The notes under the pieces are model-generated. The model searched no databases. It saw only the letters and a program-made list of their open reading frames with translations, and was not told the origin of the DNA. DNA of 64,000 bases, taken from Octopus bimaculoides (taxonomy: Eukaryota). The position numbers were made by a program, and so were the translations under genes. The stretch's first letter is position 1. Every line of letters begins with the position of its first letter. Positions 1-13,419 of this stretch are shown here, piece by piece. The stretch lies in NCBI RefSeq assembly GCF_001194135.2, contig NC_068981.1:53303690-53367689 (forward strand). The letters are read 5' to 3'.

Positions 1-232
1 GCACAAGAGCTTTGCTAGTTCAGGTGCTTTTTACTTAGCACCAGTACCTGCAGCATCACCAAATGGTTTGCAAGACAAGGAAATCGCAGCTGTGAGAGTA
101 GTGACTGTGTGCCAAGTGAGAGGTTGGAGTATGCTAGAGGATCAGGGATAGCTGTCGTATATGTGTGTGTGTGTGTGCATGCATGTGTGTGTATATATGT
201 ATACATACATANNNNNNNNNNTACACACACAC

Positions 233-288
<56 letters not shown>

Positions 289-346
289 GAATATATAGAA
301 ATGACTTGGTGATTGGAAAAGTGATATAAATGTTTTCTTTCTCTAG

Positions 347-436
347 AGCCTTCTTTCTGTGATATGCTACTACTGCCAACAGTTGTTATCAGGATACTGA
401 ACAGTATAGATGTAAATGAAACAGACACTCATGCAG
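347..436 (+). CDS. UHMK1: UHMK1/KIS-like kinase, internal coding exon (kinase C-terminus into UHM domain)
   Basis: Acceptor ttctttctctag, donor G|gtaaaa, 90 nt, phase 1/1. Translates (E)PSFCDMLLLPTVVIRILNSIDVNETDTHA, which resembles human UHMK1 PHIEDLVMLPTPVLRLLNVLD. Joins in frame to 1979-2067. Confidence 0.85.
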
Positions 437-603
437 GTAAAATTGCCTCTGTCTTTCTGTGTTGCTCATTTTTTCATATATATATAACGAGACTCGGAAT
501 TATATTAACTTAATAACTGCATTCAGTATACATATATTTTTTGTTTCATATTTTTTAAAGAAAAGTCAGTTAATAAATATATTTGAACATTTATAAATAT
601 AAA

Positions 604-952
604 TGCAGATGTGGCTGTGTGAGAAGAAGCTTGCTTCCCAACTACTTGGTTCTGGATTCACTCCTACTGTGTGCCACCTTGGGCAACCAAAGCATTGTGA
701 GTGAATTTGGTAGACAGAAACTGAAAGAAGCCCATCGTATAGGTGTGTGTGTATGTTTGTTCCCCCACCACTGCTGGAAAATCTATGTTGGTGTGTTTAC
801 ATCCCTGCAACATAGCAGCTTGGCAGAAGAGACCAATAGAATAAACACCAGGCTCACAAGAAAAATAAATACTGGGATTGAGTCATTCAACTAAAAATTC
901 TTCAAAGCCATGCCCCAACATGCCCACAGTCTAATAACTGAATCAAGTAAAA
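604..952 (+). mobile_element. tRNA-headed SINE, main family (diverged)
   Basis: Shares head (gtggctgtgtg...ttcccaac...ttc), core (gtgagtgaatttggtagacagaaactgaaagaagccc) and tail (actgaatcaagtaaaa) with the copies at 15774, 43705, 47030 and 49659. Confidence 0.85.
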
Positions 953-1179
953 ATTATGTTTAGTGAGTGTGGAATCTTGGAATGTAAATTTGAATATTGT
1001 GTTGGATTTGGTTGACTTTATTTCTTGGATAATCTTTTAACTGTGACTCTTTCTCAAATTTTTGAGAATTTTTATAAGAGGAATAAAAGGTTTTAAAGAA
1101 ATTCTGTAATTTGAAATGAAATTTTACAACTGTATCAAGTGAAAGTCTAAGAGTTGAAACTGGTGCAATTACTGTGTGT

Positions 1180-1400
1180 GAAAGTATGTGACCTGGAGGT
1201 TAAGTAGCTGGACTCACAATCATATGGTTGTGGATTTAGTTTCCAGGCTGGGCAACACATTGTGTTGTTGTGTGAAGCATTTCATTTCACATTGCTCCAG
1301 TCTACTCAACTGAAAAAAAAACAAAAACAAATTAACTGCACCTGCTGTTGAATAGGCACTGGAAACTATTTGCCCTAAATTGTGCAAATCCTTTTAGTGG
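1180..1400 (+). mobile_element. Diverged tRNA-headed SINE of a second family
   Basis: Head-like ggaggttaagtagctggactcacaatc...ggatttagtttcc, followed by catttcatttcacattgctccagtctactcaactg. The reverse complement of that segment recurs at ~13910-13965. Confidence 0.6.
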
Positions 1401-1599
1401 CCCTTGAATGATGAGTTACTATGGAGAATAGAAAAGGTTTAATGTTTTGGATTGAGACTCTTTATAGAGGAAGAGAAAAGATAGTGCTATGTATTGTAGT
1501 TGAAATATATCCAAAATTACTGAACCTGAAGTGTTGGACATTTTCTGTATTCATCATTATTACATTTAATAATAGCCAACAAGGACATGCCAGAAAAGT

Positions 1600-1775
1600 C
1601 TCTTGACTTTTATAGAAATAATACCCTAATCTCCCTCATAACATACCTAACATCTAAGAACAAGGAAAGGAATATTTGATAATCCTTGCTTCACTAGTCC
1701 AGGGATAGAAGCAGCTGGAATACTTTTGGTCATAAGTCTGCTTGATTGGGGCTGACCTGGGGTAAACAACATTTC
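1600..1775 (-). mobile_element. Interspersed repeat (ccaggtcagcc...gatttggctgctatttctagcagg family)
   Basis: Reverse complement matches related segments at 7540-7760, 9870-10140, 10195-10360, 18950-19030 and 57590-57720. Confidence 0.6.
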
Positions 1776-1978
1776 ATTTTGGATTCATTTGTTGCCCACA
1801 CAGATCCTGAACAATTGCCTTTGATTCTGGATATTACTTTGCATATATAAATTTGACATAAAGCTTTTAAAGCAAATTTGGAAATTATTAACTTTGAGCT
1901 TATCTGTTTCAACAAGTTAGTTATATTAACTATGTTGACAAGTTTTCAAAACAGTTTAACATGAAATTTTATTTCTAG

Positions 1979-2067
1979 CCATCAAAGAAGAATTAACCAG
2001 TAGATGCTGTAAATTTGGAAAGTTGGTTAAATGTGTTCTTCCAACTGAAGGCAAAGGAAAAGGAATT
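1979..2067 (+). CDS. UHMK1: UHMK1-like penultimate coding exon (UHM helix A / beta2)
   Basis: Acceptor ttttatttctag, donor gtgagt, 89 nt, phase 1/0. Translates (A)IKEELTSRCCKFGKLVKCVLPTEGKGKGI, matching the UHM pattern VKEECQKYGPVVSLLVPKENPGRG. Confidence 0.88.
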
Positions 2068-2523
2068 GTGAGTAAAAAAATATTTTCAAATGATGTCAAA
2101 GTTCAAACATAAAAAAAAATCATTGTGTTATATTACTATTTGTGTGTGTGTGTGTGACAGGCACACATTGTAAAAGTGCATCTTTGGTGCAGGTCTGAAA
2201 AAGTGCCACTCTAATGTCTAAAAACACAAATATTACATAAATTTTCACTTTGAACTTTTGTGTAAACTGGCAGTGAAAGCAGAATTGGTACAGAAACAAT
2301 TGTAACTGATATATTAAATATGTGCTAAAATCTTTTGCTGTCCTCTTATTTGGATTAGATTTTACTCTTCACTGAACCTACACAATGGTTTTACTATTGT
2401 AAAACCAGGATTTTCTGCACCTGAAGAATTTTGGTATTAGTCTAGAATCCAATAATGTTGACAGCCAAGAGCTCTGGTTGAGTACTGCATTGGAAGTACC
2501 CTATCTTTCTACCTTACCAGGAC

Positions 2524-2557
<34 letters not shown>

Positions 2558-2961
2558 GAAAGAAAAAGGTCAATAAATACTTGCCATTACATTTTTAATC
2601 AACCAAATATGAACCATTTTGTTGCACAATGCATCTCCATCTTTCCTTTAACTTGAAAATACCTTCCCAGTCCCACCAAACACAGATCATTGTCTTGCAT
2701 GGATGCAGCTCTGACTTGGCTCAAGATGTTGCTTGCTAGTTGGGACTCAGCCATTCTTTCCTCTGCTTTATATTGACATAAAGATACAACAATAGATGAG
2801 TACTGGAGTTTTGTCTCTTTCATTGAGAGTGTTGAACTTAATTACATCTTCAAACTAAATGGGTTTCAAATGGAGACATCATGATCTGTTTTCTTTTAAT
2901 ATGCCAAGTTCTGTAAGTTATGAACCTTTATTTTTAAAAAAAATATTTTTATTATTTTTAG

Positions 2962-3096
2962 ATATTTATGAAATTTGAAAAGGCAGTGGAAGCCATCACA
3001 GCTTTTATACAGATTAATGGAAAGGTCTTGCATAACCGGACAGTGATCACAACATATCATTCAGTTCGCGACTTTGATGCTGGAATATATTATTAA
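2962..3096 (+). CDS. UHMK1: UHMK1-like terminal coding exon with stop
   Basis: Acceptor ttattttttag-like tract. Translates IFMKFEKAVEAITAFIQINGKVLHNRTVITTYHSVRDFDAGIYY* (TAA 3094-3096), comparable to human VFVEYANAGDSKAAQKLLTGRMFDGKFVVATFYPLSAYKRGYLY. The three exons splice into one open frame. The upstream kinase exons lie before the window. Confidence 0.88.
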   Translation: MFMKFEKAVEAITAFIQINGKVLHNRTVITTYHSVRDFDAGIYY

Positions 3097-3941
3097 TAAT
3101 TTAAGAATTTTTATTTTAGCATATAATAGGGTTAATTACATTGTAGGAGAATTATTTTTAATCATTTAAGAACACACAAAAATTGTTATAGCAGCCTACG
3201 TGTTTTTAAATAGCCAAAATGACTTTTCCACTGTATAATAGTCTCAAATCAAGTTACTTGCCAGACAAGTACAACTTCAAAACATATGGAAAATTGAACA
3301 ATTACCAAGTTCCATGAGTTATGTGATAAATACTGTAATTCTTTACTTGCTTTATATTTATATTCCTTGAAGGTTATTTTATCAAAATATCTTCAGCTTT
3401 AACATTTAGAAATTAACCAAGTATTTTGTACTCTATGATTGTCTATGCAGTAAAATGATATGATGGCATCCAGCTGTAAAAACTATACCAAAAGTAGCAC
3501 GATGTACACAATTACAGTATTGGCCAGTATTTTTTCTCTGTTGTTGTGTCTGTCAGATGTTGAAGAACTATGACAAGTGGTGAGAAGTTATGAGACCCGT
3601 CCATGCCAGCATGGAAAAAAAAGGATATAAATTGATTACTTTGATGATGATGATTGATATTTTATGATATTTTGTCATTTTGAATATTGTCGTTGACAAG
3701 TTACAACATGTTTAGACAAGAAAAGAATATAGAGATAACTTTGTTTTCGGTTTTTTACTATATTTATTTTCGCTAAATGGCATCAAAATAATATTTATAT
3801 ATTTTGTACCAAGTAAGTTCCTAGCAAACTGATTCACATTCCTAGTAGCCATTAAGCTTTATTCATATAATTAAAGCTTTCTTTCTCTATTAATTATAAG
3901 TTACAGGCCTGGGGCCTATGTAAGAAGTCCATGTATCGGTA

Positions 3942-4073
3942 TGCATATGAACATATGTATGTATGTATGTATATATTTGTATGTATATACATATATATGT
4001 ATATGTATGTATGTATATACATATATATGTATGTATATACATATGTATGTATATACATATATGTGTATATACT

Positions 4074-4105
<32 letters not shown>

Positions 4106-4282
4106 CATATGTATGTATGTATATACATACATATGTATGTATACATATATATGTATGTATATATACATGTATGTATATATACATGTATGTATATAAATAT
4201 GTATGTATATACATATATATGTATGTATATACCTATATGTATGTATGTGTATACATATGTAAATATGTATATACGTATGTAA

Positions 4283-4380
<98 letters not shown>

Positions 4381-4460
4381 ATACATATATGCATGCAAAC
4401 ATACATGCATACATACATACATACATACATACATATGTACATATGTATCATGCATGTAGT
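3942..4460. repeat. Compound (TA)n/(TACA)n/(TATG)n microsatellite
   Basis: Directly visible. It produces the Y/I/M/C-rich spurious ORFs in the track. Confidence 0.97.
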
Positions 4461-7400
4461 CAGTACTTAGTATTGATGACCCCTTTCTGCCGTATATTTT
4501 CCTTTAAATATCTCGGGAGTGTTAAAAGTAATGCTTATCTATGAACTCTCACTAGGTATTTTTGTTTGTCCAACAATTATTTATATGTTTTATGTGTGCT
4601 ATTTTGCAACAAAATATATCAGTTATATTTTCTTTTTTTTTGTGATTTGGTGCTACTTCATAGACTGTTTAAAATACTATGTTGGAAATCTATTTTTCGT
4701 ATTTTTAAAGATTTTGGAAAAAAAAAATGATTCCTATGAATGTTGAAGGATATTTTACCAACATTATAAACCTTCAATGTGACATAATGGTTTTACTGGC
4801 TTTCCATAAACAAATTATAAATTGCATTTTTAAAAGTGTGTGAATGTTTGTATTTAGGAAGAGAAGTTTTCATCTTTTTATTTATTTTAATATTTTCAAA
4901 TGACTTCCATAATATTTATGTGATATATTTTGTTCAAAAGAAACTGTTAATGCTAAATTATCTATTGTCGTTTTTAAAGAAACACATCTTAAAATATCAA
5001 TGCCAAACTGCACCAAAAATTTTCTTGCTTTAATATGCAAAAATTGAACTAATAATTTTAATTTAATGCATAGTATTTTATGTAAAATTTATTGTAAAAG
5101 ATTCCTTTTTTAACACTTGTTATTATCTTCTGTTTTGCACCTCACCTGTCATTTAAAAAGGAAATTTAAAAAAACAAAAAAACATTTCTTTTGCCCATAT
5201 TGTTTATACTAATTAATTTATTGGAAATAATTGATCTGCAAGGCAAAGAACTGTATCTTAAACTCAGGGAAGATTGTTATTTTTAAATGGATACTAAATT
5301 CAGTACATTGTTTAACAGGATACTATTTTGACCAAATGATATCAATACTTTATATTTATCTTAACTAATATAATAATGCACTAAATAGTAACTGGGGCAA
5401 AATTATTTAATTCAAGCTTTTAAATAGTATTTACTTTTCTTGTATATTTAATTATTTTAATTTTCTTCGTGACCAATAATATATCAAGAATTATACTAAT
5501 TTTAAAAAAAAATATATAATTATTATGAATTGCATACTTAGTTGAATTTTTTTAATTCATGTATTTAAAAATAATTCTTTATTTAAAAACAACCTGAAAG
5601 GTGCTAATTCTAATAAAAATTTATCTAAAGTAATACATATTATTTTATTCATTTGTGACATTTCCCTCTCAGTTTCCACCATTCCTTATTCATCATACTG
5701 AACTGTTCGTCCAAGACTGTCAAATTCACAGCCATTAATATACCTTTATTAATTCACATATCAACATCAGCAAAATTCCATCAACATATCAATTTTTGAT
5801 TTTGTAAAATATTCAAATAAATAATGAAAATAATAGACATTTGTCATATTAAAATGTTCTTTTTTAAATTAATTTGTTTTATATTAAACCAATTTTTAAA
5901 AAAATTTTATTTTTTTGTTTGTTTTTGTTAAAATATTTTAAATAGTCATATAAGTGTAGATATTATACATTGTTAACTATTATGCATCTTTAAATGAGGA
6001 CATTAAGTTATACTTACAATTAAATAGTTACGTTACTCCTCATCTCATACCAAAGGTATTGTTTGACAAGTTTTATTTATCAAAATTTTAAATTCTAAAG
6101 ATTTGTTCATTTTATGTTTTGAATTTATATTGGAAAACGTTTTCTAGATCATTTTATTGCTCTTAATTTTTGTTTCATATGCTGGTGTCATAGTGTTTGT
6201 TTTTCAGCCATGCAACAGGCACATAAATAGATTTAAAAGTATAAGATTACGTTTCCTTCTGCTCTCATCAATTTATAATAGAAGAAATTATTTATCATTA
6301 TAGTAATTGAGTTTCAAAGATATGATTACCATATGAATCTTGTATATATATTTAATATTCAGAATGTTAAAGGGTTTTATAAATAATTTTTAAAAAGTCT
6401 TTATTGTCTTTGAAACAACTGATGAAAGGCAAATACAACTAACTTCTAGTAATTATCATTGCTTTTAAACAGTGATTATCACAATACTAATTAATACACA
6501 TAAATATTGTAATGATCACTACTTGAAAGAACATTGCCATTTATAACACTAAGTGGTACAGGATAACATACTTAATATAATGAGCTAAAAAACCACTCCA
6601 TTTTTCAATGAAAATTATCACTTGTAGGAAAATAAATTTTATTAGCTTACTAATAATTCTTATGAAGACAGCCATGGGAGACAATAATCAATTAGAAAAT
6701 TGGATGGAGGATTCAGTGAGTGATTGAATTTGATCTTTGGCAGGTATGGTAACAACTCTAGATATGTTTCAGTATTATTAGACCTCCTCAGCTAAATGTA
6801 CTAACCGGTACTTACCCAGATCCACAGTTACTGAGATTTTTAGGGTGGTGGGTGGGTAACTGTATTAATTATATTATCTCACTTCACATGCAGAATCCAT
6901 CCATAGAAAATATCCCCCCCCCCACTGTCATCATTTGTCATTAATAGCCTCTTAATTATATTGACATTTTCATAGTACATACTCCCTACCTTTCTTTTAA
7001 CAGATACAGTTTAAACTAGTCACTAACATTCTTAAAACAGTAATAAATTGACAACAGTACAACTGAACTATTTTGTTTTCAATTTATCTTTTCTTTATAT
7101 GATCTAGTTTGACAATAAGTGGTACTATTTGCTTCTAATTGTTTATCTAGATCAAGTTGTTGAATGTGATTCAACAAAATTATTCATTATCTGTTCAAAT
7201 GTCATATTTATTTGGCTTCTTATTGTTTTTCTCACCCCACATAAGAAATTTGTTTTTCTTTTTTTCACCTTGTAACACTTTACCAACTTTTGTTTTTCTT
7301 TTTGCTATGATTCAAACCTATTCCTTGCTTTTTCCCTGTTGTTTCCACATTGCCATTTTATATTGTTTATTTTGAAATTGTTTACATTTTGTATTAAGTT

Positions 7401-7800
7401 TTTATTTTGTAACTATTTTAAAAGTAGTCATGAAAATCATTACTTTCATGTTAAATTAAAAAGCATTTCTTCTTTATATGAATAAAATTTTTGTCCTGAT
7501 GCTTTTGTTGAAGTATTTTTTGTGTCAAGCTAATCAGTTCAGCATCAACACAGAGGTTAAGCAAGCTTGTTGTTGTTTCCAAATCAGCACTAATTAAGTA
7601 AACCAATGATCAACAGAAGTCAAGCCATGATCATCCTGTATTTTCTTTCAGACAATGTGTACCCTGAACTCCACTATCCAGTGTGTCCCTCAGTTTTGTA
7701 GGGTGTTGCTTGAGGAAAACTTGGCTGCTACTTCTTGCAAGTCAATTAACCACAATGAGGCTCCCTCGTTACTTCAACTGTAGAATAGTTATTCTGATAG

Positions 7801-8100
7801 GCACAGGTGTTCCATGTTCAGCCCGACTTAATGGCAACTTGGACAAGTATCTTCTACTATAGCCCTGGGCCAACTAAAGCTTTGTAAATGATTTTGTAGA
7901 CAGAAACTGCCTACCAAAACCATTATATGTATGTATGTTTTTGTGTGTGTGTGTGTGTCTTGACAACACATGATAGTTGTAAAATGGTTGTCACTGTTAT
8001 ACAAGCAGTGTCATTCATTTCCAATATTCTGTGAGAACATGTCTGACCATGGGGAAATATTACTTTACTTGTAAACAGGTGAGAGTTGGCCGCAGGAAGG
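7801..8100 (+). mobile_element. SINE head fused to RTE-type tail repeat
   Basis: Head/core (cttggacaagtatcttctactatagccctgggcc) followed by ttccaatattctgtgagaacatgtctgaccatggggaaatattac...acaggtgagagttggc, as in the copies at 10858 and 42066. Confidence 0.75.
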
Positions 8101-8750
8101 ACTCAGGAATCTGCTCAGTCATAGGCAACTTGTTGACTTTGTTTATAACATGGTTGTAGCTTCCAATTAAGATGACGTAGAGTAAGTAAGAGAGGGAAAA
8201 TGGCAGAGTGATGATGAGGAGATGAAGCCAAAAAAAATGAAGGAGATTGAGTGCAAGGTATAACTACTGTGATGACAATGCTGCTAACCTAAGAAGAAAG
8301 AATTAGATAACATTGGTTTCTTTTTCTTATTTGCTGGGTCTGGAGGAAGTGGCAGTATGTGTGGCCCTTTCAGAAAAAACTGAAACCTCTGAGATTAATG
8401 TCATTAATGTTCCACTTAAAACTGTAGCATGTTGACACTTTCAAGAATGGCATGAGCCAAGAAGAGATTCTAGAAGGCTAATGTTCTTGAGAGGGAATAA
8501 CTGGGCATAATGGTTAGAGTGAGGCTTGAGAAAGATGGACTCTACAAGGGTAATGGAAGGAGAGGAGATAAGTGGAGGAAGCACAAGACCAACCAACTCA
8601 GAGGAACAAAGACCACTGTAATTCTATTAGACAACTCATACAATTTTCTCAGTTTTTTTTTTTTCAGTTTCTTTCTCTTCCTTTTATTTACATGAATAAT
8701 TTGACAGTTGAAATTTCTCTTTATTTGTTTTAACCCAATTATTGTCTAAC

Positions 8751-8969
8751 TTAACTCTTTAGCATTTAAATGGGCTATATCTGACCCAAATATTCAATGT
8801 TCAAACCAACCAGATCTGACCTCTCACACTTACCCTACGATGTTGTTCTAACTATATACAATTACATCATTGAAATCTTGACGATATGAGATAATATTTG
8901 ATTAATTCAAAACAAAGAGGTTGATTTAGCATTATATTTGACTGAGTAGTCTAAATGTTAAAGGGTTAA
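8751..8969. mobile_element. TTAA-flanked (piggyBac-like) MITE
   Basis: Ends ttaactctttagcatt and aatgttaaagggttaa. The interior is similar to 57835-58001 and 34515-34690. Confidence 0.8.
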
Positions 8970-9569
8970 AGAAGTAGCCTCTTTATGGCACTATTTGTCA
9001 TGCAGTTGTTTGATATATATACTGCCCAAAGCTATTATCGATACACACACTGCCTAAAGTTATTATTGCAAAAGATAAGCAAATTTTAATCAGAAGCAAA
9101 ATGTTGCAAAAATATATAGAATCTCTTTGTTAACAGAATTGTCACTGAAATATTGTTTGGCTTTCGAATTCAGTATTTTGTTCATGTTTATTTTAAGATT
9201 GCTCTGGAAAAGTGACATTTCTATTTGTAGTGATTAAACAAACTTTAACAATTTAGATTTTAAAAACTGACTAGTTTTATTGTGCATTCACTACACTTAA
9301 AGAATATAATAATAAAGAGAGAGAGACAGAGAGAGATGGGAGGAGAGAAAGAGAGTAACAAAATCTTTGAATAGAAAATTCCAGTAAAAATAAACAAGAA
9401 TATTTTCTTAAGTTGACACTCTTCAAATTAAAGCATAAATAGATGATTAATAGTGTTCACTATCATTTGAAAACAACTCATCTGTTTTTTTTTGTTTTTT
9501 TTTTTGCTTTTTCTTAAATAAAATTACAGAAATCTTGTTCCATTTTATATACAATAATTGATAAGGTGC

Positions 9570-9830
9570 AAGCAATATGGTCTCGGGTTCAGTCCCACCA
9601 TGTGGTAGCTTGGGCAAGTATCTTCTACTATAGCCTCAGGCTGACCAAAGCCTTGTGAGTGAATTTGGCTGACTTGTCACACACACACGTGTGTGTGTGT
9701 GTTTGTGTCTGTGTCTGTCCCCCACCACTGTTTGATAACTGGTGTTGGTGTGTTTACATCCCTATAGCTTAGCAGTTCAGCAAAAAAGACTGATAAAAAA
9801 AAGTACAAGTCTTTAAAAAAGCAAAATTGT
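9570..9830 (+). mobile_element. SINE, main family
   Basis: gggttcagtcccacc...gggcaagtatcttctactatagcctcaggctgaccaaagccttgtgagtgaatttgg core. Confidence 0.85.
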
Positions 9831-10857
9831 ACACTGTTGTGATAAAAACTTTCGGTGCTGATATGGTTGTTTAACCTCAGGTTAGCCTTGATTGAGCTTC
9901 CTGGAGAAGGATAGGCTCGACCAATTTTAAAATACCTAAGTCATACTGTATGACATAATAGTGTTTCTATACTCCATTAGGAGTTGAGGGCCCAAGGAAA
10001 GGCATTATCAAAGACACAGTCATGCTGACTTTTTTTTAGGATAAAGTATCTGTAGTACATTATCTAATGTGACCTTTCTTTTTTAAAGCAGACATATGTG
10101 AATTAAGGTTTATTGAGTGTTGTTTCTAGCAGGTTGTGTGACTACATAAATGTTCCTTCATCAGCTCATACACATCTAGTGATGTTGTTGTTTAGACCCA
10201 GGTCAGCACTGCTCAAGTAGTCCTTTGATCAAAGGTGTTTCAACCATGACCATTTTATGGTTTTATACATTAGAGACTATATTATCTAATGAATGTGTCT
10301 TTTTCTAAAATAGTAGGATGTGAGTTGAGGAAATTTTGACTGCTATTTCTAGCAAGTTGAACAATCACGTAGAGGCTCCTTCATTGGCTTACAAATATCT
10401 GGTGTATGTTCAATAACTGAAAAACGCATATTGTATTGATCATAATTAATTGTTCTAGCTAAACAGAAATACTGGAAAAGAATACTGTAACCATAGTTAT
10501 CTCTAAGCTGAGCAGATATATACTGCACAATAGCTATCATATGCCAATGGGTGACACTTGCTCTGGAACTCAATGAATTAGTTGAGATTAAGAAATTTTG
10601 AATACTAATGGAATTAAATGATAAATGGAAGTCTATAATAGAGTTTAGTGAATGGAAGTCAAGACAAGCAAATGTTAATACTGATTGACAATTTATTACT
10701 TGTCATTGACATGAAATCTCCAGTCCTCTCTGTCTAAAATATCCATGATTATGAGAAACTATATGTTACACTTCCAGAAAATTATTGCAGCACAGATTAA
10801 TGTTTGGTTTTATTGGATGTATTGATCTTGGCAATTTACAAAATCAAATGAATGGTA

Positions 10858-11255
10858 AATGCAGGCATGGTTATGTTGTAAGAAGTGTGCTTCCCAACCA
10901 TATTGTTTCAGGTTCAGTCTCATTGTGTTGTACCATGGCCAAGTGCCTTCTACTATAGTCCCAGGCCAACAAAAGCAGTGTGAGTGGATTTGGTTGACAG
11001 AAACTGAAAGAAGCCTGTCGTGTGTGTGTGTGTGTGAGTTTTATTGTCTCCTTCCTTTGACATCACATGATAGTTGTGAATGCATATCACCTTTGTTGCC
11101 AGTCTACTGTGAAACTATATCTGGTGATAGAGAAACATTAGCTTACTTGGAGACAGGTTTGGGTTGATGACAAGAAGAGCATCCAGCTGTAGAAAACCTG
11201 CCTTAACAAATTCCATGCAAACATGGAAAAGTGGAGATTAAGAATCAATGATGAT
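10858..11255 (+). mobile_element. SINE with RTE-type tail ending in (GAT)n
   Basis: Head gcaggcatggttatg..., core and tail catccagctgtagaaaacc...catggaaaagtgga...gatgatgat. Confidence 0.85.
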
Positions 11256-11317
11256 GATAATAATACATACATACATACATACATACACACATACACACAT
11301 ACATACATACATACAAC

Positions 11318-12015
11318 ATTCTCAAAGGCTGTAGGGTTGGAGTTTGGTCAGGATAAATGTTATATGGTTGTGAAAAGATAGAAATCTACAAACCAGATTA
11401 GTAACATCTTCATCAATGATTTGACTATTTCCCCTGTATCTGATGAGGAATGTTACAGGTATCTAGGGGTGGATGAAAATATATCTTACAATGGCACCTG
11501 TAACAAAACATGTGTCACTAAAGAATATTACAGCCGAATAAAGAAAATTCGGACCTCAGAACTCTCTGTGTTCAATAAAACAGTGGCCCACAATGTGTTT
11601 GCAGTGCCAGTACTCATACCAACATTTAGGCTGCTTGATTGGACACTTAATGAGATCCAAGCCACTGATGTGAAAACCTGGAAAATACTAACAAGCACAC
11701 ATAATTTCCACATAAACAGTGATGTAGACCACCTCTACTTAAAATGAAAACAAGGTGGCAGAGGTTTAACATTGATCCAAAATGCCTTTGAATGTCATAT
11801 CATATCCCTTCAGCAACATCTTTTAATACATACATACATACATACATACACCCCTGATGTTGATGTTGAAATTCCAATGAAAGAAACCAGCTCTTTCTCT
11901 TTTGGCAAAAAATCTTGAAATAAAACTGAATAATGACATACATACATACATATACAGAATATAACTTTAAGCAGTTGATCATGAATTAAAAGCAGCAAAT
12001 TGGCAGTCATTGGGG
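11318..12015 (+). mobile_element. R4/Dong-like (RLE-type) non-LTR retrotransposon fragment, late RT to thumb region
   Basis: FSKAVGLEFGQDKC...YRYLGVDENISY...KEYYSRIKKIRTSELSVFNKTVAHNVFAVPVLIPTFRLLDWTLNEIQATDVKTWKILTSTHNFHINSDVDHLYLK*KQGGRGL matches the recalled R4-clade pattern NK..A.N.FAVPVL....DWT.....D.KTRK.L.....H..SDVDRLY..R..GGRGL. Contains stops. Confidence 0.8.
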
Positions 12016-13196
12016 TGTTAGATGGAATATCTCAGAGTATTTGTTTTGGCTCTCTGTGTTCTGTGTTCAAATCTTGCCAAGGTCAACTTCACTTTCATCC
12101 TTTTGGGGAAAATCAATAAAAATGTACCAATGAAAGCAAGGATGGGATGAATTGGCAGAACTGATAGAGAATCAGATGAGATGTTGGACAGACTGGTTCT
12201 GTCCTTTTGCATTCTGACAGCAATATTTGCAACAACACTGAGGCCAAACTGCATCAACCCTAAAGTGGAGGCCTTTCTTTTGAGCAACATTGGAGATGAG
12301 GAATATACTGCATGAGCAACTACCAGTATTCCACACAAAAAAAAAAAAACTTGCCCTGGCCTAAGCATAAAAGTGCAGAAATATGTTCAACTTTCACTGA
12401 CAGTGACCCCTGGCTGGTCAACAGTTAAAAAAAAATCTAAATCTCAGCATGTAGCTTAGTTGCAAATAGCCATTAAACAAGGTAGAATAAGTATTGCAAA
12501 TTTTGTGGCAAAAGAATTAGTTAAAGGGATGTAAAATAATTAGAAATGTAGTATTTCTCAAAAGAGATTTAGGATGAAAATTATCCATGAACTGAAAATG
12601 TCATTGAATCCACAAATCCATATTTATATATGGACTGTAAAGTATATTTTGGCTGCAGCGGTAGATATGAGATGTGTTCTGCATTGCGTTACTTGAGGCT
12701 TTCAAATTTATTAAATCAAAAATAGGAAAACCAATATCATAATATATGAACCAACTGCTCACTTTTGTTCTGAGATGGAAATTATTGCTGGTATTGGAAA
12801 CAAACTAAATAACAATGGTCTTCTGAATGATTATTGAACTGTCTGTTAGATAAATATTTAGAAAGTAAGCTAAAATAAATAGGTTAAACTTGAACTCATT
12901 ACAAGAATATATTTTAGGGTTGTGAAAGAATTCATAATTGAGTCTCATTGTTGTTATCATCGTCATCATCATTGCTTTTATATCTGCTTTTTCCATGCCA
13001 GCATGAGTTAAACAAGTGTTCTAGGGGTACTTTATTCCACATACTCACAATCTCGTTGAAGCTGAACATTTTGTTTATGGAGGATATAAATCACCTCGTC
13101 CCACTACTCATGCAGTGTCAATGTGAAGACATGCAGAGATAAACACATGCACATGTGCACACATACACACACATATATACATATACACAATACATA

Positions 13197-13419
13197 TATG
13201 AGGGAGATGCTGAAAAGTTCCTGGCTTTGGGTAAAACAAAATGCAGGTGGATCAGTTAATTATGATTTTATTCAACACATTCCCCTTCTCAGATTCACAC
13301 ATTTATTGCAGCAATCCTTCAGTTTTACTAAGCCCTGTAAAAGAATTTGGAAGATTGGGCCTCCAACCAGGCTTTTTGTGATACCCTTAAAGCCAGGAAC
13401 TTTTCAGCACCCCTTCATA
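13197..13419. mobile_element. Tc1/mariner-type MITE
   Basis: TA at both ends. The TIRs share a perfect 21-bp core tgctgaaaagttcctggcttt / aaagccaggaacttttcagca, with termini TAtgaggg...cccttcaTA. Confidence 0.88.

Noticed and set aside
3894-4544. Cluster of Y/I/M/C-rich ORFs on both strands (similar ones at 15-428, 26863-27236, 29043-29470, 62153-62519)
   Set aside because: These are translations of microsatellites and N gaps, not genes.
6674-6715. gccATGg...gtgagt mini first exon (MGDNNQLENWMEDS)
   Set aside because: No promoter-like context or downstream exon was found, so it is compatible with chance.
12150-12320. VEAFLLSNIGDEEY as a Gypsy gag N-terminus
   Set aside because: The resemblance is too short, and no LTR, PBS or pol remnant is nearby.
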